NCBI GenBank assembly: GCA_963714055.1
Contig: OY970227.1
Span: 2,933,330 to 2,997,329 of the forward strand
Length of the DNA stretch: 64,000 nucleotides
Origin: an uncultured Acidimicrobiia bacterium
Lineage (GTDB): Bacteria; Actinomycetota; Acidimicrobiia; Spongiisociales; UBA5794
Direction of reading: 5' to 3'
Below the pieces are notes generated by a model. That model did not search any database. It worked only from the letters and a program-made list of their open reading frames with translations, and was not told the origin of the DNA. The translations under genes were made by a program, and so were the position numbers. Positions 40,056-51,134 of this stretch are shown piece by piece. Every line of letters starts with the position of its first letter. Position 1 is the first letter of the stretch.

Positions 40056-40958
40056 ATGGAGTTCGGACTCATCCTTTCCCAGTTCACCGACCGCTGGGAC
40101 CACGTCATCGGCGACGCCCGTCGCGCCGAGGCGGCGGGGCTGGACAGCGTATGGCTCGTCGACCACCTGCTCGGGATATCCGCCGACACCCCGGTGTTCG
40201 AAGGCTGGACCGCCCTGGCCGCCGTGGCCGGTGCCGTCGACCGGGTCCGGTTGGGCCACCTGGTCACCTGCGTCGGGTTCCGCAACCCGGGGCTGCTGGC
40301 CAAGATGGCGGCCACTCTCGACCACGCCTCGGCCGGACGGCTCGAGCTGGGCCTCGGGGCCGGGTGGTACCAAGCCGAGTACGAGGCGTTCGGCTTCACC
40401 TACGGCACCGCCGGCGACCGCCGCCGCCACTTCACCGCCTACATCGAGGCGGTGGCCGCCATGCTCGGCGGCGATCGCGTCGACTACGAGGGACCAGGCG
40501 TGTCACTGCGGCGGGCGATCGTCAACCCTCGACCGGTGCAGCCGCGGATCCCGATCGTGGTCGGCGCCGGGCGACGGATGATGCTCGAGGTGACCGGCCG
40601 GGTGGCCGACACCTGGAACTGCCCCGCCGGGCTCATCCCGACGCTGGAGGCTCCCCAGGCCGTCGTCCACGCCGCCGCAGCGGGTCGCCCGGTGCGCACC
40701 ACGATCCAGGTGCCGGTGGTGGTCGGTCGTACCCGGGAGGAGGCCGATGCCGCCCTCGCCGCCTCCGGGCCGCTCGCCTGGATGGGCGACGTCGCCGCCA
40801 TCGGTCTCCGGGGCACCGTCGAGGAGGCGGTCGAGAAGGTCGCCGGCTACCGAGACCGCGGTGTCGACGGCTTCATCGCCCAGCTGCCGGGAACCAGGAG
40901 GCGTCCCGACTTCATCGCCGCGTATGGCGAGCTGGCGGCCGCCTGCCGGGACCTGTGA
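40056..40958 (+). CDS. LLM-class (luciferase-like) flavin/F420-dependent oxidoreductase
   Basis: [10 protein letters not shown]...DSVWLVDHL...[15 protein letters not shown]; typical 300-aa LLM. Confidence 0.75.
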   Translation: MEFGLILSQFTDRWDHVIGDARRAEAAGLDSVWLVDHLLGISADTPVFEGWTALAAVAGAVDRVRLGHLVTCVGFRNPGLLAKMAATLDHASAGRLELGLGAGWYQAEYEAFGFTYGTAGDRRRHFTAYIEAVAAMLGGDRVDYEGPGVSLRRAIVNPRPVQPRIPIVVGAGRRMMLEVTGRVADTWNCPAGLIPTLEAPQAVVHAAAAGRPVRTTIQVPVVVGRTREEADAALAASGPLAWMGDVAAIGLRGTVEEAVEKVAGYRDRGVDGFIAQLPGTRRRPDFIAAYGELAAACRDL

Positions 40959-41410
40959 GAGCCGTCGTCTCGCGCGTCTCGTCGGCATCGGTCGTGGTCG
41001 GCGGCGAGCTCGTCGGCGCCATCGGTCCCGGCCTGCTCGTGTTGGTGGGCGTTGCCGGCAGTGACTCGGAGGCCGAGGCCGACGCCCTTGCCGGCAAGCT
41101 CACCGGACTGCGCATCTTCGACGACGGGCACGGTCGGATGAACCGCTCGGTCACGGACGTCGGCGGTGGGGTGCTGGTGGTGAGCCAGTTCACCCTGCTC
41201 GCCGAGACGGCGCGGGGACGGCGCCCGTCGTTCACCGGCGCCGCCGACCCAGCCGTGGCAGAACCACTGGTGGCACGGCTCGTCGCCGCGGTCGACGCCA
41301 CCGGGATCGCCACCGCCACCGGGCGGTTCGGCGCCCGGATGCAGGTGTCTTCGGTCAACGACGGGCCGGTGACCATCCTGCTCGAGGTCGCCGGCGGGCG
41401 GGTCCGCTGA
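40955..41410 (+). CDS. dtd: D-aminoacyl-tRNA deacylase
   Basis: GTGA overlap with the LLM gene. [13 protein letters not shown]...LLVLVGV...[19 protein letters not shown]. Invariant SQFTL motif. Confidence 0.8.
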   Translation: MRAVVSRVSSASVVVGGELVGAIGPGLLVLVGVAGSDSEAEADALAGKLTGLRIFDDGHGRMNRSVTDVGGGVLVVSQFTLLAETARGRRPSFTGAADPAVAEPLVARLVAAVDATGIATATGRFGARMQVSSVNDGPVTILLEVAGGRVR

Positions 41411-41416
41411 GCCGGG

Positions 41417-44400
41417 TCACGCTCCGGCCGCGGCGGCGACGTGGCGCCGGCCGGCTTCGCAGGCGTTGAGGAAGTCGCATCGGCGGCACGCCTCGCCGGG
41501 GGTCGGGTCGAATCGATCGCCGGTGACCTGCGCCGCCAGTGCCTCGAGCCGGGTCCCGGCCGCCGTCAGCCACGCCGTGTCGGCTTCGTGCACCACCTCG
41601 TCGGCCGGGTCGGTGCCGAGGTACACGAACCCGGCGGTGATCCGCTCCGGGCGTCCCCCGACGACGCCTCCGCGGGCGGCGGCCACGGCGTAGGCCTCGA
41701 GCTGGACCACCGCGGTGGGATCGTCGGACCGGGTGCCCGTCTTCCAGTCGATGATCTCCCACCACCCCGGCTCGGGCTCGAAGACGGCATCGATCCGGCC
41801 CCTCACCCGCACCCCGGACAGTGTCAGGTCGATCGGGGTCTCGGTGAGCCGGGGCTTCACGGTGGCGAACCGGGTGGCCGAGAACGCATCGAAGGGGTCG
41901 CCGGCATCGTGGCCGCTCCCGCCGGCGACCTCGGCGGTCGGTGGCGCGTCAGGTTCCAGGTCGTCGAACGGCCGCACCCCCATGTGGTGCAGCTCGATTC
42001 TGCGGTGCACCTCGCTGCCCCGGCGCAGCCATGGGCCGGGGCGCCGGGGGAGCGGGTCGATCTCAGTCCAGAAGAACCGCTGGGGACACGATGCCAGGGT
42101 CACCAGCCCGGTCACCGACGTGGTGGGCGCCGGCGGGGGTGCGGCCGGGGGACCGGCGGGCAGGCCGTCGAGCATGAGCTCGAGCTGACGCCGGGCCGGC
42201 TCGGTGTCGGCGGCTAGCCCCACTTCGCCGCCTTCGACGGCCTCGAGCAGCTTCTGCGCGCCATCCGGAGGGAAAGTGCGGATCAGGCCCTTCGGCGCCG
42301 GCGGTGAGCGTCACGTCCTGCGGGCGCTCACCTGGGTCGTTCACCCATTCGATCTGGCTGGCCCCGGGCACATCCCGTGCCAGCGCCAGCAACTCGCCGG
42401 GGACGTACGCCGTTCGAGGGCGGTCCCAGGCGGCGCCGGTCATCAGCAGCCGCCGGCGGGCCCGGGTGACGGCGACGTAGGCGGTCCGCAGCTCGCTGTG
42501 GTGGTGGTGGTGCCGTAGCCGCTCGGTGATCTCGGCCTGTCTGCCGGTGAGGTCGGGAAGGTCGGCGGTGTCGAGTCGGAGCTCGTAGGGCAACCACCGC
42601 GACTTCGCCGTCGGGTTGTCGAAGCCGAAGGACTTTCCGGGGAACACCTGGTGAGCCAAGGCGGGCATGAAGACGGTGTGCCACTCGAGGCCCTTGGCCC
42701 GGTGCACCGTGAGCAGTGGGACGGCATCCTCCCCGCCTACGGTTGCGGTGTCGAGCTCGGCGGCGGCCCGATCCTCGGAGAGCAGGTCGAGGTAGCCGAG
42801 GAAGCCCTCCAACGACGGCCTACCCGCCAGCGGGCTCCAGTCCTCAGCCAGGTCGAGGAATCGGTAGAGGTTGAGCCGAGCGGTGAGCCCGGCCACCTCT
42901 GGCATCGCCTCGATCTCCGTCCATCCTTCGATGGCGTCGATGACCCGTCGGATGAGCTCGACCAGCGTGCATTGCTGGGCGGCCGCCAGTAGGGCCCGAT
43001 AGGTGTCGCGGAAGTCGTCGAGCACCCCGGCGACCTCCGGTGAGGTGGCCCCCTCACCCCGGTCGAGCGCCTCGAGCATTGGATAGGGGAGCGCCAGGTC
43101 GGGATCGGAGTCGCCGCCGTGCCGGTGGCGCACCCAGCGGGCGAGCGGCGCCAGGTCGCCCAACCCGAGCCGGTACCGGCTCCCGAGCAGGATGCGGGCG
43201 AGCGCTACCGAGTCGTCGGGAGCGGCGAGGATCCGTAACCAGGCGTGGACGTCGGCCACCTCGGGCACCTCGATCAGCCCTCCCATGGAGACGACCTCGT
43301 GGGGGACGTCGGCGGCCGCCAGGGCGGTCCGCACCGGCCCGATCGAGCGGTGCCGCCGGAACAGCACTGCCATGTCCCGCCACTCGATGTCTTCTTCGTC
43401 GTGGAGGCGCCGGATCTCCCCGGCGATCCACGCCGCTTCGTCGGCGGACGTGCGGAACCAGCCGTAACCCAGGTGGTCGGGGACGGGCTCGGCGGGCACC
43501 AGCGGATCGGTGGCGGCCCCTTCGTGGAGAAGGTCCTTCACGGCGTTGGCGACAGCGAGGATCGTCGGTCCGGAACGGCGGTTGGTGGTGAGCGGGAGGC
43601 TGTGAGCCGGCTTGCCGTCGGTACGGAGGAAGTGTTCCCCGAACCCGGTGAAGTTGGTGAGCGATGCGCCGCGCCATTCGTAGATCGTCTGGTCGCCGTC
43701 ACCGACGGCGGTGACGGGGAACCCGTGCCCGAAGATCGCCTGGAGCATCATGCGCTGGCCGGGGTCGGTGTCCTGGTACTCGTCGAGCACTACGACCCGG
43801 TAACGGTCCCTGATGCGTCCGGCGATCTCGGGATGGCGTTCCACGACCCGGTACGCCAGGTGCACCAGGTCCCCGAAGTCGACCACACCGAGACGGCGCT
43901 TGGTGGCTTCGTACGATGTGAGGATCCGGGCCAGCTCGAGCCGCTCCAGCCAGACGTCGTCGGGGTCGCTCGGAACAGCGGCGGCGATGTCGGAGGGGGC
44001 AACGAGGTTGGCGGCGGCCTGAGCCCCCAATGTCGCCGCCTCGTCGAGGCGTTGGGGGAGGGCGGTCATCTCGAGGTGGTCGTACACCTCGGTGCCGATG
44101 CTCTCGTGGAGCAGTTGCCGCACGTACCCGGCGCCGACCACCGCCAGGTCCCGCTCGACCCCGATCACCGCCCCGAACTCGCGCGAGTATCCGCAGCGCG
44201 AACCCGTGGTAGGTGTTGACCTCGACCTCGCGGCCGTCGGCGGCGTGCCTGGGCATCCGCCAGCGGAGCCGGTCGGCCAGCTCCTCCGCCGCCTTGTTGG
44301 TGAAGGTGATGCCCAGCGCCTCCTCGGGCTCGACGCCGCCGTCCACGGCGGCCACCAACCGCTCCACCACCGTTGCCGTCTTCCCGGTCCCCGCTCCGGC

Positions 44401-44475
44401 GGCGACCCGCAGTGGCTCGGGCGGGTGGTCGACCACCGCTTGCTGCTCCGGGGTGAGGGTGAAGGGAGCCGTCAT
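41417..44475 (-). CDS. AdnB-like UvrD-family helicase with C-terminal RecB-type (PD-(D/E)XK, Cys-cluster) nuclease; second gene of the pair; two frameshifts in this assembly
   Basis: ATG 44475 overlaps the upstream stop (ATGA). Walker A AGAGTGKTATV. Motif II LDEYQDTD. Nuclease core IIDWKTGTRSD...CRRCDFLNAC. A run of five consecutive His (RLRHHHHHS). Reading-frame changes at about 44175-44190 (GCGCG) and about 42278-42290 (CCC/GGG run). Confidence 0.65.
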
Positions 44476-47400
44476 GCGACGAACCCCTCGGCGCCCTCGG
44501 GCCAGGCCGGGCAGACGGTGCGGACCGGGCAGCGGTCGCAGTGATCGCCTGTCCTCGGGGTCCAGTCCTCCGAGGTTATGCCGCCGGCGATGGCGGACAT
44601 CCGCTCGGCCACGGCCGGGAGGTTGGCCATGTCGAACTCCAGCCGCCTGAGGCTCTTCTGACCGCGGCTGGCCCACGGGAACCACATCTCGGCGCCGGTC
44701 ACCTCGCCTCCGACGGCGACCTCGGGGTCTCTCCGGCCGGCGAGCACGTAGAAGCCGAGTTGGAGGGACTCCGCCGCCTCGGGTCTCGTCGGTGCGGTGC
44801 TCCCCGTCTTGTAGTCGACGATGACCAAGCCGGCGGGGCGACCTTCGATGAGATCGACCCGCCCCACCCACCTGGTCCCGGCATGGTCCATCTCCAGCTG
44901 CCGTTCGACCATGACCGATTGGCCGCCGACGGGCCGCTTCAGGTAGAGCTGCTCTATCACGATCCCGGCGCGCCGCCGCCACGCCGTTGCGTGCGGCTCG
45001 CCGCCGAACGAGTAGCCGTCGAACAGCCGGTCGAGCTCGGTGTCGGCGTCCTCGAAGGTGCTCGGCGGGGCGTCGGGAGTCTCGATCACGGCACGCTCGA
45101 CGTTCTCCATGACCCTGTGCACCAGTGAGCCGAGCTCGGCGTGGTGGGAGCCGGCGTCGCCGATGGCCAGGCGCCGCGTGAGGGCGTGGCGGCGCGGGCA
45201 CTGTTCGTAGGACTCGCCCTGGCTGGGGGAGAGGCGCAACGGGAGCTCGACCAACCCGGTGTCCGGGCCTCGGTGCCGGAAGCCGGCGAAGCTGGTGACC
45301 GGGCGCATGCCCCAGCGGGCGCCGTCGGCCAAGACGGCGATGGCCGCCTCACGCAAGGGACGGCCGGCGCGCACCACAGAGGGGCCGCCGCCGGCGACCG
45401 GCAGCTCCACCCTGGCCTCGGGATCGCCGGCCAGGCGCCGGAGCAATCCCTCCGCCTCGGCGACGGTCACCGGGGGATGGCGTGGTGGCTCGTCGACCGC
45501 TTCGTCGACGGTCTCCACGCCGGCGGCGAGGGCGAAGAACCGGGACGGCAGCCCCTGACCCATCTCGGACCCGGTCGAGGTGGCCGTCCACACCACCCGG
45601 CGCGAGGCGCGGGTCATCGCGGTGTAAGCGAGTCGTCGTTCCTCTTGGAGGCGGAAGCGGCGGTACCCCGGCGAGTCGTGAGGCACGTCGGCGAGGAGGT
45701 GGCGAACCCCGAGCAGGCTGTCCTGCATCCGCAGGTCGGGGAAGACACCCTCGACGGCGTCGGCGATGAACACGACCTCGAATTCCAGGCCCTTGGCCTG
45801 GTGGAGCGTCGTGATGGTCACCTGGTCTTCCTCCGGGGCCCGGTACGAGACCAGGGGTCTCGCCTCGAAGGACTCCTCGTCGAGCAGCGCCGCGTACTCG
45901 ATGAGCGTCCCCGCGGGGTTGCGCTCGTTCCAGCGGGTGAGCACCTGGAGCAGGGACGCCCATGCCCGCCGTGACCGGCGGTGCTCGGCACCGGTGGTCA
46001 AGGCGGCGAGCTGGGGGAGCGACTCCCACACCTTCCAGGCGCCTTCGGCGGCGGCGGCGGCGGTTGCCCACCGGTCGTCGCCGAGCAGCCCGGCCAACTC
46101 GGGGAAGCGCGGTCGGAGGGTCTCCACCCAGTGCCCGGTGGCCGCATGGGCCCGTTCCACGTCGCGCACCTGACCCAGGGTGAGCCCGAACCACGACCCG
46201 AGCAGGAGGTGCCTGACGTGGCGGGCGAGCACAGGCGACTCCGGCGTGGTGGCTGCGGCGACCAGGTCGAGGAGGAAGCGGACCTCGGGCTGCTCGGTGG
46301 TGCGGCTGCTCGGTGGCTCGTGGGCGATGCCGCGACGTGACAGCGCCCGTGACAGCTCGGCGACGAACCTCCGTTTGCTGCGCACGAAGACCGCCATCGA
46401 CCCGAAGCGCAACCCGTCGCGCAGGTTGAGGCGGAGGATCTCGGCGGCGATCCACTCGGCCTCGGCGGTCTGCTGGTGGAATCGGTGCAGATCGACTCGG
46501 CCATCGCCCGCCGCCGCCGTCACCGGACCCGCTGCTCCGGGGATGTCGGTCCCCGCCACCCTCTCGGCGGCGCGCAGGATCGCCTGCGGCGTGCGGAACG
46601 ATGTGGTGAGCACCACCCGGCGCGCCGGTGACCCGACTCCGCCGAACGTCTCTCCGAAGCGGGCGACGTTCTCGACGGCGGCGCCCCGGAAGCTGTATAT
46701 CGATTGGTAGGGATCGGCGGCGGCGGTGATGTTGCCGTCGGCGGCGAGGACCCGGAGCAACTCCACCTGGGCGGTGGTGGTGTCCTGGTACTCGTCGACG
46801 AGCACGTAGCGAGGTTTCAGCGGGTGGTCGGCGAGGACGGCGACGGCCTCGGCGAGGACCATCCCGTAGTCGATGCGGCCATCGGCGATCAGTCGCCTGC
46901 GGTAGCGCTCCATGAACTCGGGCAGGCCGCGCCATTCGTCGCGCTCCATGGCGGCGACGTCGCCGGCGTCATGGAGTTGCTCGCCGGCGCGCAGCAGGAA
47001 GTCGGTGACCTCGTCGGCGAACGTCCTGGTGCACAGCAAGGGGCGCATCGCCACCGACCACGCCGACGGTTCCTCTTCGGCGAGCAGACGGCGAACCAGC
47101 GCCGCCTGCTCGGGGCCGGTGAGGATCTGCGGGGGCCGGTGCCATCCACGGTCGCCGTGGTGGACCTCCACCAAGCCGGCGGCGAGGGCGTGGAACGTGG
47201 TCACCGTGATCGGGGGCGAGTCGGGCGGGGTTGTAGCGGCGATGCGCCGCTCGAGGTCGGCCACCCCGCGGCGGCCGAAGGCGACCACGCTGATGGCGTC
47301 GGCGGGCACGCCGGCCCCGACCAGGTGGGCGGCGCGTCGCACCAGGAACTCGGTCTTGCCGGTACCAGGGCCGCCGACGACGATCTGGGGCCCGTCGGTC

Positions 47401-47570
47401 GACGCTACCGCATACCCCCAGTCCTCGGGTCCCACCTCGATCTGTGCCTCGGAGCCGCCGCCCGCGGTCCTCTCGTTCCCGACCGTCTTCACAACCCTCC
47501 GTTCTGACGACCAGCAGTGGTGCCGCCCTCCTCGACCACCCTCGGTCACCGTATCAAACGGGGGTGACAC
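44472..47570 (-). CDS. AdnA-like UvrD-family helicase with C-terminal RecB-type nuclease (intact, 1032 aa); first gene of the pair
   Basis: Walker A GGPGTGKTEF. Motif II VLVDEYQDTT. C-terminal nuclease LVIVDYKTGS...CDRCPVRTVCPAW. Confidence 0.75.
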   Translation of the reverse strand: MSPPFDTVTEGGRGGRHHCWSSERRVVKTVGNERTAGGGSEAQIEVGPEDWGYAVASTDGPQIVVGGPGTGKTEFLVRRAAHLVGAGVPADAISVVAFGRRGVADLERRIAATTPPDSPPITVTTFHALAAGLVEVHHGDRGWHRPPQILTGPEQAALVRRLLAEEEPSAWSVAMRPLLCTRTFADEVTDFLLRAGEQLHDAGDVAAMERDEWRGLPEFMERYRRRLIADGRIDYGMVLAEAVAVLADHPLKPRYVLVDEYQDTTTAQVELLRVLAADGNITAAADPYQSIYSFRGAAVENVARFGETFGGVGSPARRVVLTTSFRTPQAILRAAERVAGTDIPGAAGPVTAAAGDGRVDLHRFHQQTAEAEWIAAEILRLNLRDGLRFGSMAVFVRSKRRFVAELSRALSRRGIAHEPPSSRTTEQPEVRFLLDLVAAATTPESPVLARHVRHLLLGSWFGLTLGQVRDVERAHAATGHWVETLRPRFPELAGLLGDDRWATAAAAAEGAWKVWESLPQLAALTTGAEHRRSRRAWASLLQVLTRWNERNPAGTLIEYAALLDEESFEARPLVSYRAPEEDQVTITTLHQAKGLEFEVVFIADAVEGVFPDLRMQDSLLGVRHLLADVPHDSPGYRRFRLQEERRLAYTAMTRASRRVVWTATSTGSEMGQGLPSRFFALAAGVETVDEAVDEPPRHPPVTVAEAEGLLRRLAGDPEARVELPVAGGGPSVVRAGRPLREAAIAVLADGARWGMRPVTSFAGFRHRGPDTGLVELPLRLSPSQGESYEQCPRRHALTRRLAIGDAGSHHAELGSLVHRVMENVERAVIETPDAPPSTFEDADTELDRLFDGYSFGGEPHATAWRRRAGIVIEQLYLKRPVGGQSVMVERQLEMDHAGTRWVGRVDLIEGRPAGLVIVDYKTGSTAPTRPEAAESLQLGFYVLAGRRDPEVAVGGEVTGAEMWFPWASRGQKSLRRLEFDMANLPAVAERMSAIAGGITSEDWTPRTGDHCDRCPVRTVCPAWPEGAEGFVA

Positions 47571-47576
47571 GAACGC

Positions 47577-47607
47577 GGCTCGGCCCGGGCACTACGCCCG
47601 GGCCGAG
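47577..47607 (-). terminator. Perfect 13-bp stem / 5-nt loop hairpin between the opuAC stop and the helicase operon
   Basis: GCTCGGCCCGGGC actac GCCCGGGCCGAGC; no U tract. Confidence 0.4.
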
Positions 47608-47630
47608 CAATTCAGCCGAAGATCGACCGG

Positions 47631-48587
47631 TCAGAAGCCGTTGTCGGCGAGCCAGTCGGCGGCGATGACGTCGGCGTCCTCGGTGTCGATGTCGAAGCGC
47701 CGGTTCATCTCGGTGAGGCCCTCGGTGGTGAGCGCCGCCGAGATGTCGTCGAGCACGTCGGTGAGCTGGTTTCCATACGCCTCTTGCAGCTCGGTGGTGA
47801 GCACCGGGAGCACGTTGTCGGCGGCCAGCATCTGCTGGTCGTCCTCGAGGAGCACCCATCCCCGGTCGGCGATGATGCCGCTGGTGGAGAAGAGGATGGC
47901 GACGTCGATCTCGCCGGCATCCAGCGCCGCCACCGTCACCTGGCCGGCATCGAGCGGCTGGAAGTTGGCGCTCATGTCGAGCCCGTACACGGTGTTCAGC
48001 CCGGGGATGCAGAAGGCGTTGGTCTCACAGTCGGGCGGCCCCCCGAGGACCAGGTCGGCGCCGTTGGCGGCCAGGTCGCTGAGCGAGGCGAGACCGACCG
48101 AGTCGGCGGTCTCCTGGGTCACCACGAAGGCATTGGTGTCGATCGCCTCCGATGGCGCCAACGCCACCAACCCGATCTCGGTCAACCGGGCGTTGAGCAG
48201 ATCGGTGGTCTCGGCGGCGTCGCTGGTCGCTTCCCCGGCGAAGTCGTTGAGGAACTCCAGCATCGAGGCGGCGTACTCCGGCGCCAGGTTGATGTCACCG
48301 CTCTCGAAGGCTGCCATCGACAGGTCGCGGAACCCGCCAACCGGCTGCACACTGGCGGTGAATCCCTCCGCCTCCAGCGCCCCCCGGTAGATCTCGGCGA
48401 GGATGGCGCTCTCCCCGAAGTCCTGGGCACCAATGACGATCTCCGGTCCCTCCACCGGGGCGGGGGCCGTGGTCGGGGCGGCGGACGATCCGTCGGCGGC
48501 GTCATCACCCGAGTCGCCGCAGGCGGCGCCCAGGAGGGCGAACGCCAGGAGACTCGCCCCGATGACGCGGTTGCGGTGCTTCCGCAT
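47631..48587 (-). CDS. Glycine betaine/choline ABC transporter substrate-binding lipoprotein (OpuAC family)
   Basis: Lipobox LLGAACG; OpuAC-type fold motifs. Confidence 0.75.
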   Translation of the reverse strand: MRKHRNRVIGASLLAFALLGAACGDSGDDAADGSSAAPTTAPAPVEGPEIVIGAQDFGESAILAEIYRGALEAEGFTASVQPVGGFRDLSMAAFESGDINLAPEYAASMLEFLNDFAGEATSDAAETTDLLNARLTEIGLVALAPSEAIDTNAFVVTQETADSVGLASLSDLAANGADLVLGGPPDCETNAFCIPGLNTVYGLDMSANFQPLDAGQVTVAALDAGEIDVAILFSTSGIIADRGWVLLEDDQQMLAADNVLPVLTTELQEAYGNQLTDVLDDISAALTTEGLTEMNRRFDIDTEDADVIAADWLADNGF

Positions 48588-48635
48588 GGGTCACTCCTTG
48601 TAATTAGCTGTGCCGCCGGAGGCGGCGGCGTCAAG

Positions 48636-49379
48636 CTAACCGACCGGGACGGCGTCGATGACGTCGCCGGGGTCGAGCGCCTCGGGCCTCCGCCGGCGCC
48701 CGGCGGGATGGCTGTGGTCGAGCCGGCGTTGGGCCCAGCCCAGCGTGCTCTCAGTGAGGATGGCGAGGAGGGCGACGGCGACTCCTCCGATGAACACCTC
48801 TTCGTACTTCCGTTGGGCGAAGCCGTCGATGATGAACCGCCCCAAACCCCCGAACCCGACCACGGCGCCGAGGGTGGCGGTGGCGATCACCTCGACGGCC
48901 GCGGTGCGCACGCCGGCCATCACCACCGGCGCCGCCAGGGGCAGCTCGACCCCGGTGAGCACCTGCCGTTCGGTCATCCCCATGCCCCGGGCGGCTTCGA
49001 CCAGCGCCGGATCCGTGTGGCGGATGCCAGTGTGGGCGTTGACGAACATCGGCGGCAGCGCCAGCGCCACCAGCGCCACCAGCGTCGCCCAGAAGCCCAG
49101 CGGGGACAGCCCGAGCGCCAGGGTGATGGGGAAGGCGATGCCGACGATGCCGAAGGACGGGACCGCCCTTCCGATGTTGACCGCGGAGACGGCGAGCACA
49201 CCGCCCCGACCGCGGTGGCCGAGCACGACACCGGCGGGGAGGGCGGTGGCCCCGGCCAGGATCAATGCCAGGCCCGACACCGCCACGTGCTCCCAGAGGC
49301 GGTTTGGCAGTCCGGAGCGGCCGGTCCAGTTGGCCGGATCGCCGAGCCAGGCCGCCACCTCGCCGAAGAAGTCGATCAC
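48636..49379 (-). CDS. ABC transporter permease (OpuAB/ProW-like)
   Basis: GTG start after GGAGG. EAA-like loop VEAARGMGMTERQVLTGVELP. Confidence 0.75.
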   Translation of the reverse strand: MIDFFGEVAAWLGDPANWTGRSGLPNRLWEHVAVSGLALILAGATALPAGVVLGHRGRGGVLAVSAVNIGRAVPSFGIVGIAFPITLALGLSPLGFWATLVALVALALPPMFVNAHTGIRHTDPALVEAARGMGMTERQVLTGVELPLAAPVVMAGVRTAAVEVIATATLGAVVGFGGLGRFIIDGFAQRKYEEVFIGGVAVALLAILTESTLGWAQRRLDHSHPAGRRRRPEALDPGDVIDAVPVG

Positions 49380-50023
49380 ACTGCCTCCGTCCTGCGTGCC
49401 CACGGCGTGATCCGCCGCTCGAGGGCGACGAGGGCGATGTCGGCGGCCACCGCCAGCAGCACCGACAGGACCGTCCCGACCAGGATCTCGGTGAGGAACT
49501 GGCGGCGGATGCCGCGCAGGATGAACACGCCGTAGCCGCCCTGGCCGATGAGCGCGGTCACCGTTACCAGCCCGATCGTGGAAACGGTGGCGATGCGGAT
49601 GCCGGCGATGATCACCGGCACCGCCAGCGGCAGCTGCACTCCCAGGAACAGATTCCGGTCGGTCATCCCCATCCCCCGAGCCGACTCGAGGACCGGTTCG
49701 GGCACCCCGTCGATGCCGGCGACGATGTTGCGCACCAGGATGAGGAGGGTGTACGACACCAGGGCGATCTCGGCGGTGACCATGCTCAGCCCGAAGAAGG
49801 GGATGAAGAAGGTGAACAACGCCAGGCTGGGGATGGTGTAGAGGATCCCGGTGAACCACGTGATCGGCCCGTAGGCCGGGCGCCACCGGAGCGCCACCAG
49901 CGAAAGGGCCATCGCCAGCAGGAAGCCGGAGACCACGGCGATGACGGTGAGGGTGACGTGCTGGGTCGTCGCCTCCCACATGTCACTGAAGTGTCCGGCG
50001 ATCCAACCCCAGTCGATCGTCAT
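49376..50023 (-). CDS. ABC transporter permease (OpuBB-like)
   Basis: EAA loop LESARGMGMTDRNLFLGVQLP. Confidence 0.75.
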   Translation of the reverse strand: MTIDWGWIAGHFSDMWEATTQHVTLTVIAVVSGFLLAMALSLVALRWRPAYGPITWFTGILYTIPSLALFTFFIPFFGLSMVTAEIALVSYTLLILVRNIVAGIDGVPEPVLESARGMGMTDRNLFLGVQLPLAVPVIIAGIRIATVSTIGLVTVTALIGQGGYGVFILRGIRRQFLTEILVGTVLSVLLAVAADIALVALERRITPWARRTEAV

Positions 50024-50042
50024 CGGCGGGACCCCACGACGG

Positions 50043-51134
50043 TCATTGCAGGATCGCCCGGCCGATGGCGTCGGCGGTCAACATCCCCAGGTACCGGTCA
50101 CCGTCGAACACCGCCGCCACGTTGGTCCGTGAGCTCACCACCACGTCGAGGGCGTCGATCAGCGATTCGTCGACTGTCAGCCACGATTGGAAGCGCCGCA
50201 ACGTCACGTTGGTGAGATCGTGCCGGTCGTCGAGCTCGGCGGCCGGGACCCAGCCGTCGAGCCGCCCGTCGCCGCCGACGGCGATCCAGTCGATCCCGTG
50301 CTCGGCCATCACCCGGCGGGCCTCCTCGACGGTCGCCGTCGCCGGAAGCACCGGACCGGGCTCGAGCGGCACGGTGCTTATCGGGAGCAGCTTGAGCCGC
50401 TTCAGACCCCGTTCCGAGCCGAGGAAGTCGACCACGAACTCGTTGGCGGGCCTTTCCAGGATGTCGGCGGGCGCGTCGTACTGCTCGAGGATGCCGCCGT
50501 TGTTCAGGATGGCGATGCGGTCACCCAGCTTGATGGCCTCGTCTATGTCGTGGGTGACCAGGACGATGGTCTTGCCCAGCCGCTCGTGGAGGTCCAGGAA
50601 CTGGTCCTGGAGCCGGCCCCTGGCGATGGGGTCGACGGCACCGAACGGCTCGTCCATCAGCATCACCTGCGGATCGGCGGCAAGCGCCCTGGCCACCCCG
50701 ACCCGCTGGCGCTGCCCGCCGGACAGCTCGGACGGGTAACGGTCTCGCATCGAGCGGTCGAGGTCGACTACGGCGAGCAGCTCGTCGACGCGGTGGTCGA
50801 TGCGCCCCTGGTCCCACCCGAGCAGCTTGGGCACCGTGGCGATGTTCTCGGCGATGGTGCGGTGCGGGAACAGACCGATCTGCTGGATGACGTAGCCGAT
50901 GCTTCGCCTCAGTTCGGACGGGCTCAGCGACGTGATGCTGCGGCCCGCCACCTCGATGGTGCCCGCGGTCGGCTCGATCAGCCGGTTGATCATCTTGAGC
51001 GTGGTCGTCTTGCCGCACCCCGATGGGCCCACCAGCACGGCGACCTCACCTTCGGCGACGTCGAGCGACAGGTCGGTGACCGCCGGGCCGTCGCCGCTCG
51101 GGTAGGACTTCGACACCCGGTCGAGCCGGATCAT
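50043..51134 (-). CDS. proV: Glycine betaine/proline ABC transporter ATP-binding protein with tandem CBS domains (OpuAA/ProV)
   Basis: ATG 51134 (MIRLDRVSKSY). Walker A GPSGCGKTT, signature LSGGQRQRV, Walker B VMLMDEPF. CBS pair at the C-terminus. Confidence 0.8.
   Translation of the reverse strand: MIRLDRVSKSYPSGDGPAVTDLSLDVAEGEVAVLVGPSGCGKTTTLKMINRLIEPTAGTIEVAGRSITSLSPSELRRSIGYVIQQIGLFPHRTIAENIATVPKLLGWDQGRIDHRVDELLAVVDLDRSMRDRYPSELSGGQRQRVGVARALAADPQVMLMDEPFGAVDPIARGRLQDQFLDLHERLGKTIVLVTHDIDEAIKLGDRIAILNNGGILEQYDAPADILERPANEFVVDFLGSERGLKRLKLLPISTVPLEPGPVLPATATVEEARRVMAEHGIDWIAVGGDGRLDGWVPAAELDDRHDLTNVTLRRFQSWLTVDESLIDALDVVVSSRTNVAAVFDGDRYLGMLTADAIGRAILQ

Noticed and set aside
42790-42810. 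The five-His run (RLRHHHHHS) in the AdnB-like protein as an engineered His-tag or vector remnant.
   Set aside because: It sits internally in a conserved helicase, in native GC-rich context, with no vector sequence around it. It is most likely a natural low-complexity patch.
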